Shown here piece by piece: positions 47,864-55,869 of a stretch of 55,869 nucleotides of DNA. The notes beneath the pieces are model-generated. The model searched no databases, had not been told where the DNA came from, and saw only the letters and a list, made by a program, of their open reading frames with translations. The position numbers and the translations under genes are program-made. Position 1 is the first letter of the stretch, and each line of letters starts with the position of its first letter. Source of the DNA: Patescibacteria group bacterium (GTDB lineage Bacteria; Patescibacteriota; Minisyncoccia; Phycocordibacterales; UBA12079); assembly GCA_018817595.1 (NCBI GenBank), contig JAHITU010000004.1, positions 1 to 55,869 of the forward strand. Reading direction: 5' to 3'.

Positions 47864-48877
47864 TTATTTCCTAGATTCAGGATAAGTTATATTAAAGTGG
47901 CTGTAGGCTTTTTCGGTTACTGAGCGACCGCGTGGGGTTCTCTCAATTAAACCTAATTGAATTAAATATGGTTCATTTACTTCTTCAAGGGTGGAAGCTT
48001 CTTCTGAAAGGGAAGCGGCGATGGTACCTAAACCAACTGGACCTCCTTTAAATTTTTCAATAATCGTTTCTAATATTTGCCTATCTAATTGAGATAGTCC
48101 TAGGGTATCAATCCCTAACATTTCTAGAGTTTGATTAACTGTGTCTTTGTCTAAATTATTTTTATTTACCTGAGCTAAGTCTCGACATCTTTTTAATAAG
48201 AAATTAGCTGTTCTAGGAGTAAAACGGCTCCTTTTGGCTATTTCTAAAGATGTTTCATTATCAATAGCTACATCTAAAATAGAAGCAGACCTCTCTATTA
48301 TTTTTGCAATTTCTTCATCAGAATAAAACTCTAATCGAAATGTTCCACCAGAAAAACGAGAGCGTAGTGGGGCAGAAAGCATTGAAATTCGTGTAGTAGC
48401 AGCGATTAAAGTAAAAGGTGGAAGTTCTAATTGAATAGTTCGGGCAGAAGGTCCTTTTCCAATAATAATGTCCAGTGAACCTGATTCCATAGCTGGGTAA
48501 AGGATTTCTTCAATATTTTTATTTAAGCGGTGTATTTCATCAATAAACAAAATATCTCCCGGAGTTAAGTTGGTTAAAATAGAAGCAAGGTCACCCACTT
48601 TTTCTATAGCTGGTCCTGAAGTGATTTTAATATTATGTCCAGTCTCCTTTGAGATTAAATAGGCTAGGGTTGTCTTTCCTAATCCAGGAGAGCCATAAAA
48701 TAATATATGCTCAGGTTGTTGTTTCCTTTCTTTGGCGGCTTTTAGTAAAACAAAAACATTATTTTTGATATTCTCTTGTCCTATATATTCATCCCAAGTA
48801 TCTGGGCGAAGAGTTTGATCTAAAAAAACTTCTTTTTTAGTGGTAAGGGAATTTTCTGTTGTTTTTGTTTCTTTCAT
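47864..48877 (-). CDS. ruvB: Holliday junction branch-migration helicase RuvB
   Basis: LRP-x-x-W-D-E-Y-I-G-Q, GSPGLGKTT, FIDEIHRL, RFTPRTAN and RTPRGR motifs. Confidence 0.97.
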   Translation of the reverse strand: MKETKTTENSLTTKKEVFLDQTLRPDTWDEYIGQENIKNNVFVLLKAAKERKQQPEHILFYGSPGLGKTTLAYLISKETGHNIKITSGPAIEKVGDLASILTNLTPGDILFIDEIHRLNKNIEEILYPAMESGSLDIIIGKGPSARTIQLELPPFTLIAATTRISMLSAPLRSRFSGGTFRLEFYSDEEIAKIIERSASILDVAIDNETSLEIAKRSRFTPRTANFLLKRCRDLAQVNKNNLDKDTVNQTLEMLGIDTLGLSQLDRQILETIIEKFKGGPVGLGTIAASLSEEASTLEEVNEPYLIQLGLIERTPRGRSVTEKAYSHFNITYPESRK

Positions 48878-49193
48878 TAGGTTAATGATAGTAAATTAAA
48901 AGTGAAAAAGCAAAAGATTTTTAACCTGCCTACCCACGCCTGCAGGCGCGCAGGGGCAGACAGATACAAAAAATCTTGCTGTCCCTTACATATATTAATA
49001 TAAACAATAATAAAATAGTACTAGATAAAATTGTTATAAATACTGTTTAAAATTAAACAAATAAATTAATATTTATGATGGGGCAAAAGACACAAAATTA
49101 AAAAAATAGTTTAAAAAAACTATGTTTTTTAAAAAATCATAGTTTTTGTAAAAAATGCTTGACACATTTTTGTATTTATGTTAAATTATACGC

Positions 49194-49370
49194 CAGATAG
49201 CCACCCAGAGTGGTTTTAAAATTAAAAACACAATTCTCTAAATAATTTAAGTATTAATCGAGGGTATTTCGGTGATTAGTTTTAAACTAATATTTCTAAA
49301 ATATCCCTTAGAAAAATATTTTGCAATTCACTTTGTTTTATTTAGAGAATTGTGTTTTTAATTTTATCTT
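49194..49370 (+). ncRNA. Candidate structured non-coding RNA (rod-like, 6S-like size)
   Basis: TTGACA-N17-TAAATT promoter at 49159-49187, 29-bp perfect stem 49217-49245/49338-49366, inner stems, and no ORF. Confidence 0.35.
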
Positions 49371-49391
49371 AATTCTTATTTACCTATCTAA

Positions 49392-51071
49392 TCACAATTC
49401 CTCTTCTAAATCAACAACTCTTCGCACCTCACTTAAAGTTGTGGCTCCTGTCAAAATTTTAACAATTCCATCTTGAGCCAAGGATAAAATTCCTTGTTTT
49501 TTAAATACTCCTTTTATTTCTTCTTTTCCAGGATTCATCTCTAATAATTTAGAGGTTTCAGCATCAACTATAATAGCTTCAAAGATTCCTATTCTTCCTT
49601 TATAACCAGTATTATTACATTCTTTACAACCAATAGGTACAACCATTTTTTCTGTGTTGTTTGTGTATTTAGATATGTCTGTAATTTCACTTAATACTCT
49701 TGAAATTATTTTTTTATCATCTCCTTCAATTAAAACTTCCTTTTTACAAAACTCACATGGTTTTCTAACTAACCTTTGAGCAATAACAATATTTACTGCG
49801 GTACTAATAATATTAGGTTGAATTCCTAGATCTATTAAACGATAAAAAGTTCCTGCAGCGTCGTTGGTGTGTAAGGTAGAGAAGACAAGGTGACCTGTTA
49901 AAGCAGAATTAACTGCGATTTTGGCTGTGTCATAATCACGAATCTCTCCTACCATGATCACATCAGGGTCTTGCCGTAAAGATGATTTCAATCCTTCTGC
50001 AAAAGTATAACCTTTATCAATATCTACTTGTGTTTGGACAATCCCAGGTAAATGATATTCAATCGGATTTTCAATAGTAATTATTTTATTTTCTGTGGAG
50101 TGAATTGTTTTAAGGAAAGCATAAAGACTAGTGGTTTTACCTGAACCAGTTGGTCCTGTATTTAAAATCATTCCATTTGGTCGATGAATTTCCTTTTTTA
50201 ATATTTCAAATAAGTGTTTTTCTATTCCCAATTCTTCTATGTTTACAGAAATAGAATCAGGATCTAACAATCTTAAAACAACAGATTCCCCATAAGCCCC
50301 AGGGAGAACAGAGACTCTTATTTCTATCTCTTTATTTTTCAATTTAATACTTAGTCGTCCGTCTTGAGGTTTCTTAGTTATGTTTAGTTTAAGACCAGCA
50401 ATTAATTTAATTCGAGAAATAAGTAATTTATATATTTGAGTGTCAAATTTTGCAACCACAGTCAAAACTCCATCTAATCTAAAACGTAAAGTAATGGAAT
50501 CTGTTTCAGGTTCAATATGGATATCTGAAGCCTTAACTCCTAAAGCACCTGCTAAAACAGCTTCAAAAAACCTTGAAATAATATGAGGTTGTTTAGATGT
50601 TAGAATTTCTTGGAAAATTTCTTTTATATCTTCTAAATTATCTGTTTTATTTAAAATATTTTCTACATTTTCTGCTGAAATATCAATCATCCCAGCTGTT
50701 GTTTTTGTTGTGTAAGAAACCTCTTTATAACGACTCCAAGCTTTTTCTAAACTTTTATGCGAAATCATATAAACAGTTAATAAATAACCATTTTCCTCTA
50801 GTTTTTTTAAATAATTTTGTATTTCTGGGTCTGTTGGTGAAATCACAGCTACTTTTAATTTTTTACCAAGTAAATCAAATGCAGCTATTTTTAATGTTTG
50901 AGAAATTGGTTCAGGAATCACCCTTAATGCATCTGTGTTAATAGAAACAGTTTTTAAATTAACATAACGAACACCATATTTAACAGAAAGAATTTTAGCT
51001 AATTCCTCTTCTTCTTGTTCATGAATGTCTTCTATCTCTTTTACTCTTTTTGTGTCTTCTAAATCAAACAT
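49392..51071 (-). CDS. pilB: Type IV pilus assembly / T2SS ATPase (PilB/GspE family)
   Basis: ASDIHIEP, GPTGSGKTT, LRQDPDVIMVGEIRD, GHLVFSTLHTN, AQRLVRK-x-C and GYKGRIG motifs. Confidence 0.95.
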   Translation of the reverse strand: MFDLEDTKRVKEIEDIHEQEEEELAKILSVKYGVRYVNLKTVSINTDALRVIPEPISQTLKIAAFDLLGKKLKVAVISPTDPEIQNYLKKLEENGYLLTVYMISHKSLEKAWSRYKEVSYTTKTTAGMIDISAENVENILNKTDNLEDIKEIFQEILTSKQPHIISRFFEAVLAGALGVKASDIHIEPETDSITLRFRLDGVLTVVAKFDTQIYKLLISRIKLIAGLKLNITKKPQDGRLSIKLKNKEIEIRVSVLPGAYGESVVLRLLDPDSISVNIEELGIEKHLFEILKKEIHRPNGMILNTGPTGSGKTTSLYAFLKTIHSTENKIITIENPIEYHLPGIVQTQVDIDKGYTFAEGLKSSLRQDPDVIMVGEIRDYDTAKIAVNSALTGHLVFSTLHTNDAAGTFYRLIDLGIQPNIISTAVNIVIAQRLVRKPCEFCKKEVLIEGDDKKIISRVLSEITDISKYTNNTEKMVVPIGCKECNNTGYKGRIGIFEAIIVDAETSKLLEMNPGKEEIKGVFKKQGILSLAQDGIVKILTGATTLSEVRRVVDLEEEL

Positions 51072-51288
51072 AATAATTAGTCGAAAGCCTGCCTGCCCAC
51101 GCCTGCCGGCGCGCAGGGGCGGGCAGGTCTTTAAAGTCGAAAGTCGAAAGTCTTGAAAAAATTATGTAGCAATTTTTTACTTTTGACTTTATAGACTTTA
51201 TGGACTTTTGACTCTCTTGTTTTATTATAACAAAGCTTCTCCTATGTAGATAGTTTGAGTTGTGAATTTATATGTTAAAATTAAAGTA

Positions 51289-51744
51289 ATGGAAAAAAGA
51301 CTTATAAAAAATATAGAAGAGATGAAGGATTTTGCTGATTCCTATATTAAAAGTTTAAAAAAAAGTGAAAATAAAGCCACTGTTATTATTTTAAGAGGGG
51401 ATTTAGGTTCTGGGAAAACAACTTTTACTCAAGAGGTGGCAAACATTTTTGAGATTAAAGATTATGTAACCAGCCCGACTTTTGTAATTCAAAAAAGATA
51501 TGAAATTAATAATTCTCAAGAATTAGGTTTTAAAAATTTAATTCATATTGATGCCTATCGATTAAGTTCAGGAAAAGAATTATTAGACCTAGGGTGGAAA
51601 GAAGATATTAATAATCCTCAGAATATTATTTTTATAGAATGGCCAGAGAGAGTAACTGAAGTATTGCCAAAAAATACAAAAGAAATAAGTTTTAAATTTA
51701 TCGATGAAGAAACAAGAGAAATAGTTTATGAAAATAATTTTTAA
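51289..51744 (+). CDS. tsaE: tRNA threonylcarbamoyladenosine biosynthesis ATPase TsaE
   Basis: GDLGSGKTTF, VTSPTF, HIDAYRL and IEWPE motifs. Confidence 0.96.
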   Translation: MEKRLIKNIEEMKDFADSYIKSLKKSENKATVIILRGDLGSGKTTFTQEVANIFEIKDYVTSPTFVIQKRYEINNSQELGFKNLIHIDAYRLSSGKELLDLGWKEDINNPQNIIFIEWPERVTEVLPKNTKEISFKFIDEETREIVYENNF

Positions 51745-51764
51745 ATTATTTTCAAATTAAAAAT

Positions 51765-54176
51765 ATGGTTGAAAAAACAAAGAAACAAAAAAATAAGAAA
51801 TTGGTTTTACTAGATGCTTACGCTATTTTGCATCGAGCCTATCATGCTCTTCCTGATTTTAGCTCATCTAAAGGGGAACCAACTGGGGCTTTGTATGGTG
51901 TAGCTGCTATGTTGATGAAAATAATTTCAGAATTAAAACCAGATTATATTGTGGCTTGTTATGATTTACCTAAAAAAACATACAGACATGAAATTTATGA
52001 AGACTATAAATTAGGAAGACAAAAACCTGATGACGAATTAATTTCTCAAATAACTAGGTCTCGGGATATGATGAAAGCTTTTAATATTCCTATTTATGAA
52101 AAAGAAGGTTTTGAAGCCGATGACTTATTAGGGACTATTACTGAACAACTAAAAGGTCAGGATATCGATATCATTATTGCTTCTGGAGATATGGATACTA
52201 TGCAATTAGTTGATAACAAAAGAGTACAAATTTATACTCTTAGATCTGGGATTAATAATGTTATTTTATATGATGAAAAAGCTGTGGTTGACCGTTTTGG
52301 TTTTGGGCCAAAATTGTTAACTGATTATAAAGGTTTACGAGGGGACCCTTCAGATAATATTAAAGGTATCCGAGGGATAGGGGATAAGATAGCCACTACT
52401 TTAATTCATAGTTTCGGTTCAATTGAGGATATATATAAAAAATTAGAAAAAGATGAGCAGGTATTTTTAGATAAAGGTTTTAAACCAAGAGTGATTAATT
52501 TGTTAAAAGAAAACAAAGAAGATGCTTTGTTTTCAAAAGAATTAGCTACTATTCAATTAAATGTTCCAGTTGAATTCGTTTTAGAAGATAAAAAATGGAT
52601 CGATGGTTTAGATGAAGAAAAAGTTGTTTCCTTGTTTCAAGAATTAGGTTTCAGAACTTTACTTCAAAGAGCGAGACTTCTGTTTACTGATCACAGTAAC
52701 GGAAAAAAAGAAGAAGAAATTGAAGAAAAAGTTAATGATGAAGATTTTGAGAAAACAGCTATTGCCCTTTGGGTGCTTGATTCAAATAAAACTAAAACAT
52801 CTATTCAAGAAATCAAAGACTACACTCGAGAAAATACTTTTAAAAAAGCTCAGGAAAAAATCTTTAGGGAAATCAAAAATAAAGACTTAGAAAAAGTTTA
52901 TAATGAAATTGAAATTCCTTTAATTCCTATTTTTAAAAAAATGAAAGAAAATGGGGTTAAATTAAATTTAAAATATTTAAAAGAATTATCTGTTGAATAT
53001 ACAAAAAAATTAAATCTTTTAGAAAAAGAAATTTGGAAGCAAGCAGGGGAGGAATTTAATATTAATTCTCCTAAACAAATGTCTGAAGTCCTTTTTGAAA
53101 AAATGAATTTGGAAACCAAGACTAAGAAAAAAACTTCAACCGGAATGCGTTCTACCAAAGAGTCAGAATTACAAAAAATGGTAGAAATTCATCCTATTAT
53201 TGGAAACATTTTGAAATATAGAGAATTAAAGAAACTATTAACTACCTACATTGATAATTTACCAGAATTAGCTGATGAAAAAGGTTTTATTCATACTAAT
53301 TTTTTGCAAACAGGAACAACCACAGGAAGAATTTCTTCTAATCATCCTAATTTACAAAATATACCTACTCGAACAGAGCAAGGAAAGAAAATAAGAAATG
53401 CTTTTGAAGCCCAAAAAGGTTTTGATTTATACGCCTTTGATTATTCTCAGGTTGAATTAAGAGTGGCTGCAATGATGTCAGGAGATGAAAATTTGATTGA
53501 AATTTTTAAAACAGGGCAGGATGTGCATTCCGCTGTAGCTTCAAGGATTTTTGGGGTGCCATTAGATAAAGTAAACAGTTCAATGAGAAGAAAAGCCAAA
53601 ATAGTTAACTTCGGGATGATTTATGGTATGGGTGTTAACTCTTTGAGACAAAATATGGAAGATGCTTCTAATGGAGATGAGAAAATAACCCGAAAAGAAG
53701 CCCAAGAATTTTATAATAAGTATTTTGAAACCTTTAAAACTCTAGGAGATTTCCTTAATAATTCTAAAGAGGAGGCTTCCAAGAAAGGTTATACAAAAAC
53801 ATATTTTGGGAGACTGAGGTATTTCGAAGGGATACAATCAAAGATTCCTTTTATTCGGGCTATGGCGGAAAGAATGGCTGTTAATGCGCCTATTCAAGGA
53901 ACATCCGCTGATATTCTGAAGATAGCTATGATTAGAATCTATGATTATATAAAGAAAAATAAACTAGAAGATAAAATTAAAATGATTATCCAGGTTCATG
54001 ATGAGTTGATTTTTGAAGTGCAAAAAGATGTTGATAAAAAACATATCCTTAAAATAGAGGAGTTAATGGAAAATGTTTTACCTCGAGAAGAGTCCAAAGG
54101 AATTAAATTCGAAGTGAATATTAAAAAAGGAAAAAATTGGGGAGAAATGCAAGATTTTGTTGAGTTTAGGAATTAA
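51765..54176 (+). CDS. polA: DNA polymerase I (5'-3' exonuclease + polymerase; 3'-5' exonuclease region largely absent)
   Basis: LLDAYAILHRAYHA, EADDLLGT, GDPSDNIKG, DYSQVELR, KIVNFGMIYG and QVHDEL motifs. Confidence 0.97.
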   Translation: MVEKTKKQKNKKLVLLDAYAILHRAYHALPDFSSSKGEPTGALYGVAAMLMKIISELKPDYIVACYDLPKKTYRHEIYEDYKLGRQKPDDELISQITRSRDMMKAFNIPIYEKEGFEADDLLGTITEQLKGQDIDIIIASGDMDTMQLVDNKRVQIYTLRSGINNVILYDEKAVVDRFGFGPKLLTDYKGLRGDPSDNIKGIRGIGDKIATTLIHSFGSIEDIYKKLEKDEQVFLDKGFKPRVINLLKENKEDALFSKELATIQLNVPVEFVLEDKKWIDGLDEEKVVSLFQELGFRTLLQRARLLFTDHSNGKKEEEIEEKVNDEDFEKTAIALWVLDSNKTKTSIQEIKDYTRENTFKKAQEKIFREIKNKDLEKVYNEIEIPLIPIFKKMKENGVKLNLKYLKELSVEYTKKLNLLEKEIWKQAGEEFNINSPKQMSEVLFEKMNLETKTKKKTSTGMRSTKESELQKMVEIHPIIGNILKYRELKKLLTTYIDNLPELADEKGFIHTNFLQTGTTTGRISSNHPNLQNIPTRTEQGKKIRNAFEAQKGFDLYAFDYSQVELRVAAMMSGDENLIEIFKTGQDVHSAVASRIFGVPLDKVNSSMRRKAKIVNFGMIYGMGVNSLRQNMEDASNGDEKITRKEAQEFYNKYFETFKTLGDFLNNSKEEASKKGYTKTYFGRLRYFEGIQSKIPFIRAMAERMAVNAPIQGTSADILKIAMIRIYDYIKKNKLEDKIKMIIQVHDELIFEVQKDVDKKHILKIEELMENVLPREESKGIKFEVNIKKGKNWGEMQDFVEFRN

Positions 54177-54328
54177 AATAAAAATATTTTACATTAATAA
54201 CTTAATTACAGAAAAGTGCCAAATGTGTGTGCACATTACCTACAAATCTTGACAAATATATAAGAAGTATAGTATAATGAATAAAGATTAAGTCATAGTT
54301 TAAAACAATAAAATATTGGAGAATAAAA

Positions 54329-54748
54329 ATGGAAATTAAGATTGATGTAAAGATGCTCGATTTCGGATTAAACACAATAAATGTTGTCGGTCCGAATGAT
54401 AAAATTATTGATACTTATTATGGTATCTTAACAAAAACAGGAAAATTCTTTCTTACAGAAGAAAGTGGGGACCTATGTTTTTTTGAAGATTGGGATGCTG
54501 ATTTTACAGCATTTCATCTAGAGGAAATGGGTGTGGAGTTGAATATTGAGCAACTTGAGTTGCTCAATAAAATCCAAAAAGCTTGCGCAGGAAATTCCAG
54601 TGCTCCTGTCAATAACTTCCTCTTCAGAAACCCAAAAAGTCCTCTTTTTGGACAGAGCATTGAATATTTTTATGATTTTTTTGAAGAAAAAATAACCATA
54701 AACAATCTTTTTCTGTTGTGTTGTGCCAAACAGAACAGAAGGAGCTAA
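54329..54748 (+). CDS. Orphan protein
   Basis: TTGACA-N18-TATAAT promoter at about 54249, GGAG upstream of the ATG, and a downstream terminator hairpin. Confidence 0.7.
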   Translation: MEIKIDVKMLDFGLNTINVVGPNDKIIDTYYGILTKTGKFFLTEESGDLCFFEDWDADFTAFHLEEMGVELNIEQLELLNKIQKACAGNSSAPVNNFLFRNPKSPLFGQSIEYFYDFFEEKITINNLFLLCCAKQNRRS

Positions 54749-54859
54749 CTTCTTTCAAAAACCATTCAGATAGGATAGAAAAACTATTCACTCTCTGAAT
54801 GGTTTTTCTTTTTTCTACTTTATGGACTTTAGGGGCTTTTGACTTTATACTAATTGCAT

Positions 54860-55612
54860 ATGTTATATCTAATCCACGGAAATGATACTCAAAAAGCGAG
54901 AGGGAAATTAAAATCCCTTTTGGATTTACTTTTTGTTAAAAAACCCAATGCCTCTTTTTTTAAACTGGATAGTGATAATTTTAATGAAGGGAAAATTGAT
55001 GAATTATTATATAGCCAAGGTTTATTTGAACAAAAATATATAGTGCAGTTGGATTCTTTATTTGAAAACAAAGATTATTCTAAATTTTTAGAAGGTAAAC
55101 TAGAAGATTTTAAAAAATCAGATCATATTTTTATTGTTCTAGAAGATAAGATAAATAAACCTGTTTTAAAAAAGATTGAAAAAAATGCAGATAAAATTCA
55201 AGAATTTATTTTAAAAAATGAATCAACCGGAAGGTCTTTTACTACAAGAAATGGGGACTTTAATATAAATGATTTTAATATTTTTGATGTGGCTACTTGT
55301 TTTGGGAATAGAAATAAGAAAGATTTATGGGTTTTGTATCAAAAAACAAAAGTGCGAAATATACCAACTGAAGAGGTAAGTGGTATTTTATTTTGGCAAC
55401 TGAAAGTAATGTTTCAGTCTTTAAATTCAAAAAATGCAGATGAAGCCGGTTTAAAACCTTTTGTATTTAATAAAGCTAAATTATTTTTAAAGAAATATTC
55501 AGAACAGGAATTAGTTAAAATAAGTTCTGACTTGGTTGGAATTTATCATAATGCCAGAAGGGGATTATGTGATTTTGATTTATCTTTAGAAAAATTGATT
55601 CTGGAATTGTAG
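54860..55612 (+). CDS. holA: DNA polymerase III delta subunit (HolA-like)
   Basis: LYLIHGND, LFEQKYIV, N-I-F...L-W-V-L-Y and G-I-L-F-W-Q...P-F-V-F-N-K-A patterns; L-E-K-L-I-L-E-L C-terminus. Confidence 0.8.
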   Translation: MLYLIHGNDTQKARGKLKSLLDLLFVKKPNASFFKLDSDNFNEGKIDELLYSQGLFEQKYIVQLDSLFENKDYSKFLEGKLEDFKKSDHIFIVLEDKINKPVLKKIEKNADKIQEFILKNESTGRSFTTRNGDFNINDFNIFDVATCFGNRNKKDLWVLYQKTKVRNIPTEEVSGILFWQLKVMFQSLNSKNADEAGLKPFVFNKAKLFLKKYSEQELVKISSDLVGIYHNARRGLCDFDLSLEKLILEL

Positions 55613-55869
55613 GGTTTATAAAAAAAGGCTTAATAGTAAATTAATCAGGCTGAAAATGATAAACTAACTAGTAATTAATAGTTAGTTTTAATATTATTTA
55701 AAATGGTTATTAATTAAAAGCTTAAATATTTGACTTAATATCAAAAATGGGTGCCTGAAAACTGGCAATCTCGTTGTTGTTGAGCCATAATATAGTCAGT
55801 TAATATAAATGAATATATAAAATGATTAAAAAAATGCTTTTTTTGTGAAAAGCAGTCAGTAATAAAGAA

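Noticed and set aside
46526-48877. Absence of ruvA beside ruvC and ruvB
   Set aside because: It may simply be elsewhere in the genome, which cannot be judged from this window.
4024-55071. Numerous antisense or nested ORFs inside long genes (e.g. 4024-4452, 4624-5094, 6095-6424, 15918-16457, 20730-21188, 42019-42417, 46605-46916, 50597-50941)
   Set aside because: They lie opposite well-supported genes, show no motifs, and have the composition expected of reverse-strand shadows.
55730-55869. GC-richer stretch GGGTGCCTGAAAACTGGCAATC near the window end as a riboswitch or ncRNA
   Set aside because: Truncated by the window edge, and no family motif could be recognised with confidence.

Overview
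AT-rich chromosomal window from a Patescibacteria/CPR bacterium (Parcubacteria-like; standard code, TGA used as stop). This is inferred from the gene set, the small intergenic palindrome families and the CPR-type T4SS-like operon. The core genes are three tRNAs (Pro-TGG, Arg-TCG, Gly-TCC), yraN, a CCA-adding enzyme, a XerC/D-type recombinase, rpsO, an NYN protein, pnp, DksA/TraR, comM, an M23/LysM peptidase, pcrA/uvrD, rsmA, a VirB4/VirB6/PrgI/pilin-like operon, jag-yidC-rnpA, rpmH (missed by the ORF track), dnaA-dnaN with DnaA boxes, PBP1A, ruvC-yebC-ruvB, pilB/gspE, tsaE, polA and holA. Eight parS-like palindromes cluster at 1.07-4.66 kb. Two non-coding systems stand out. (1) Divergent from the Xer recombinase, at about 6.9-11.2 kb, lies a cassette-like array of orphan ORFs plus an inverted hicBA module. 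It is punctuated by identical 52-bp palindromes and a conserved TTGAAGTTTCATAGTAG...AGTTCTTTAA junction, and is preceded by tandem rrn-like promoters. (2) Each of the three tRNAs is followed by a 140-175 bp folded element whose ends are antisense and sense copies of that particular tRNA's 3' end. Two of these elements share an identical 43-bp core flanked by covarying stems. There are also nested REP-like insertions with matching empty and filled sites, and a full plus an empty four-helix-bundle cassette. No database searches or folding programs were run; family calls come from motif recognition.
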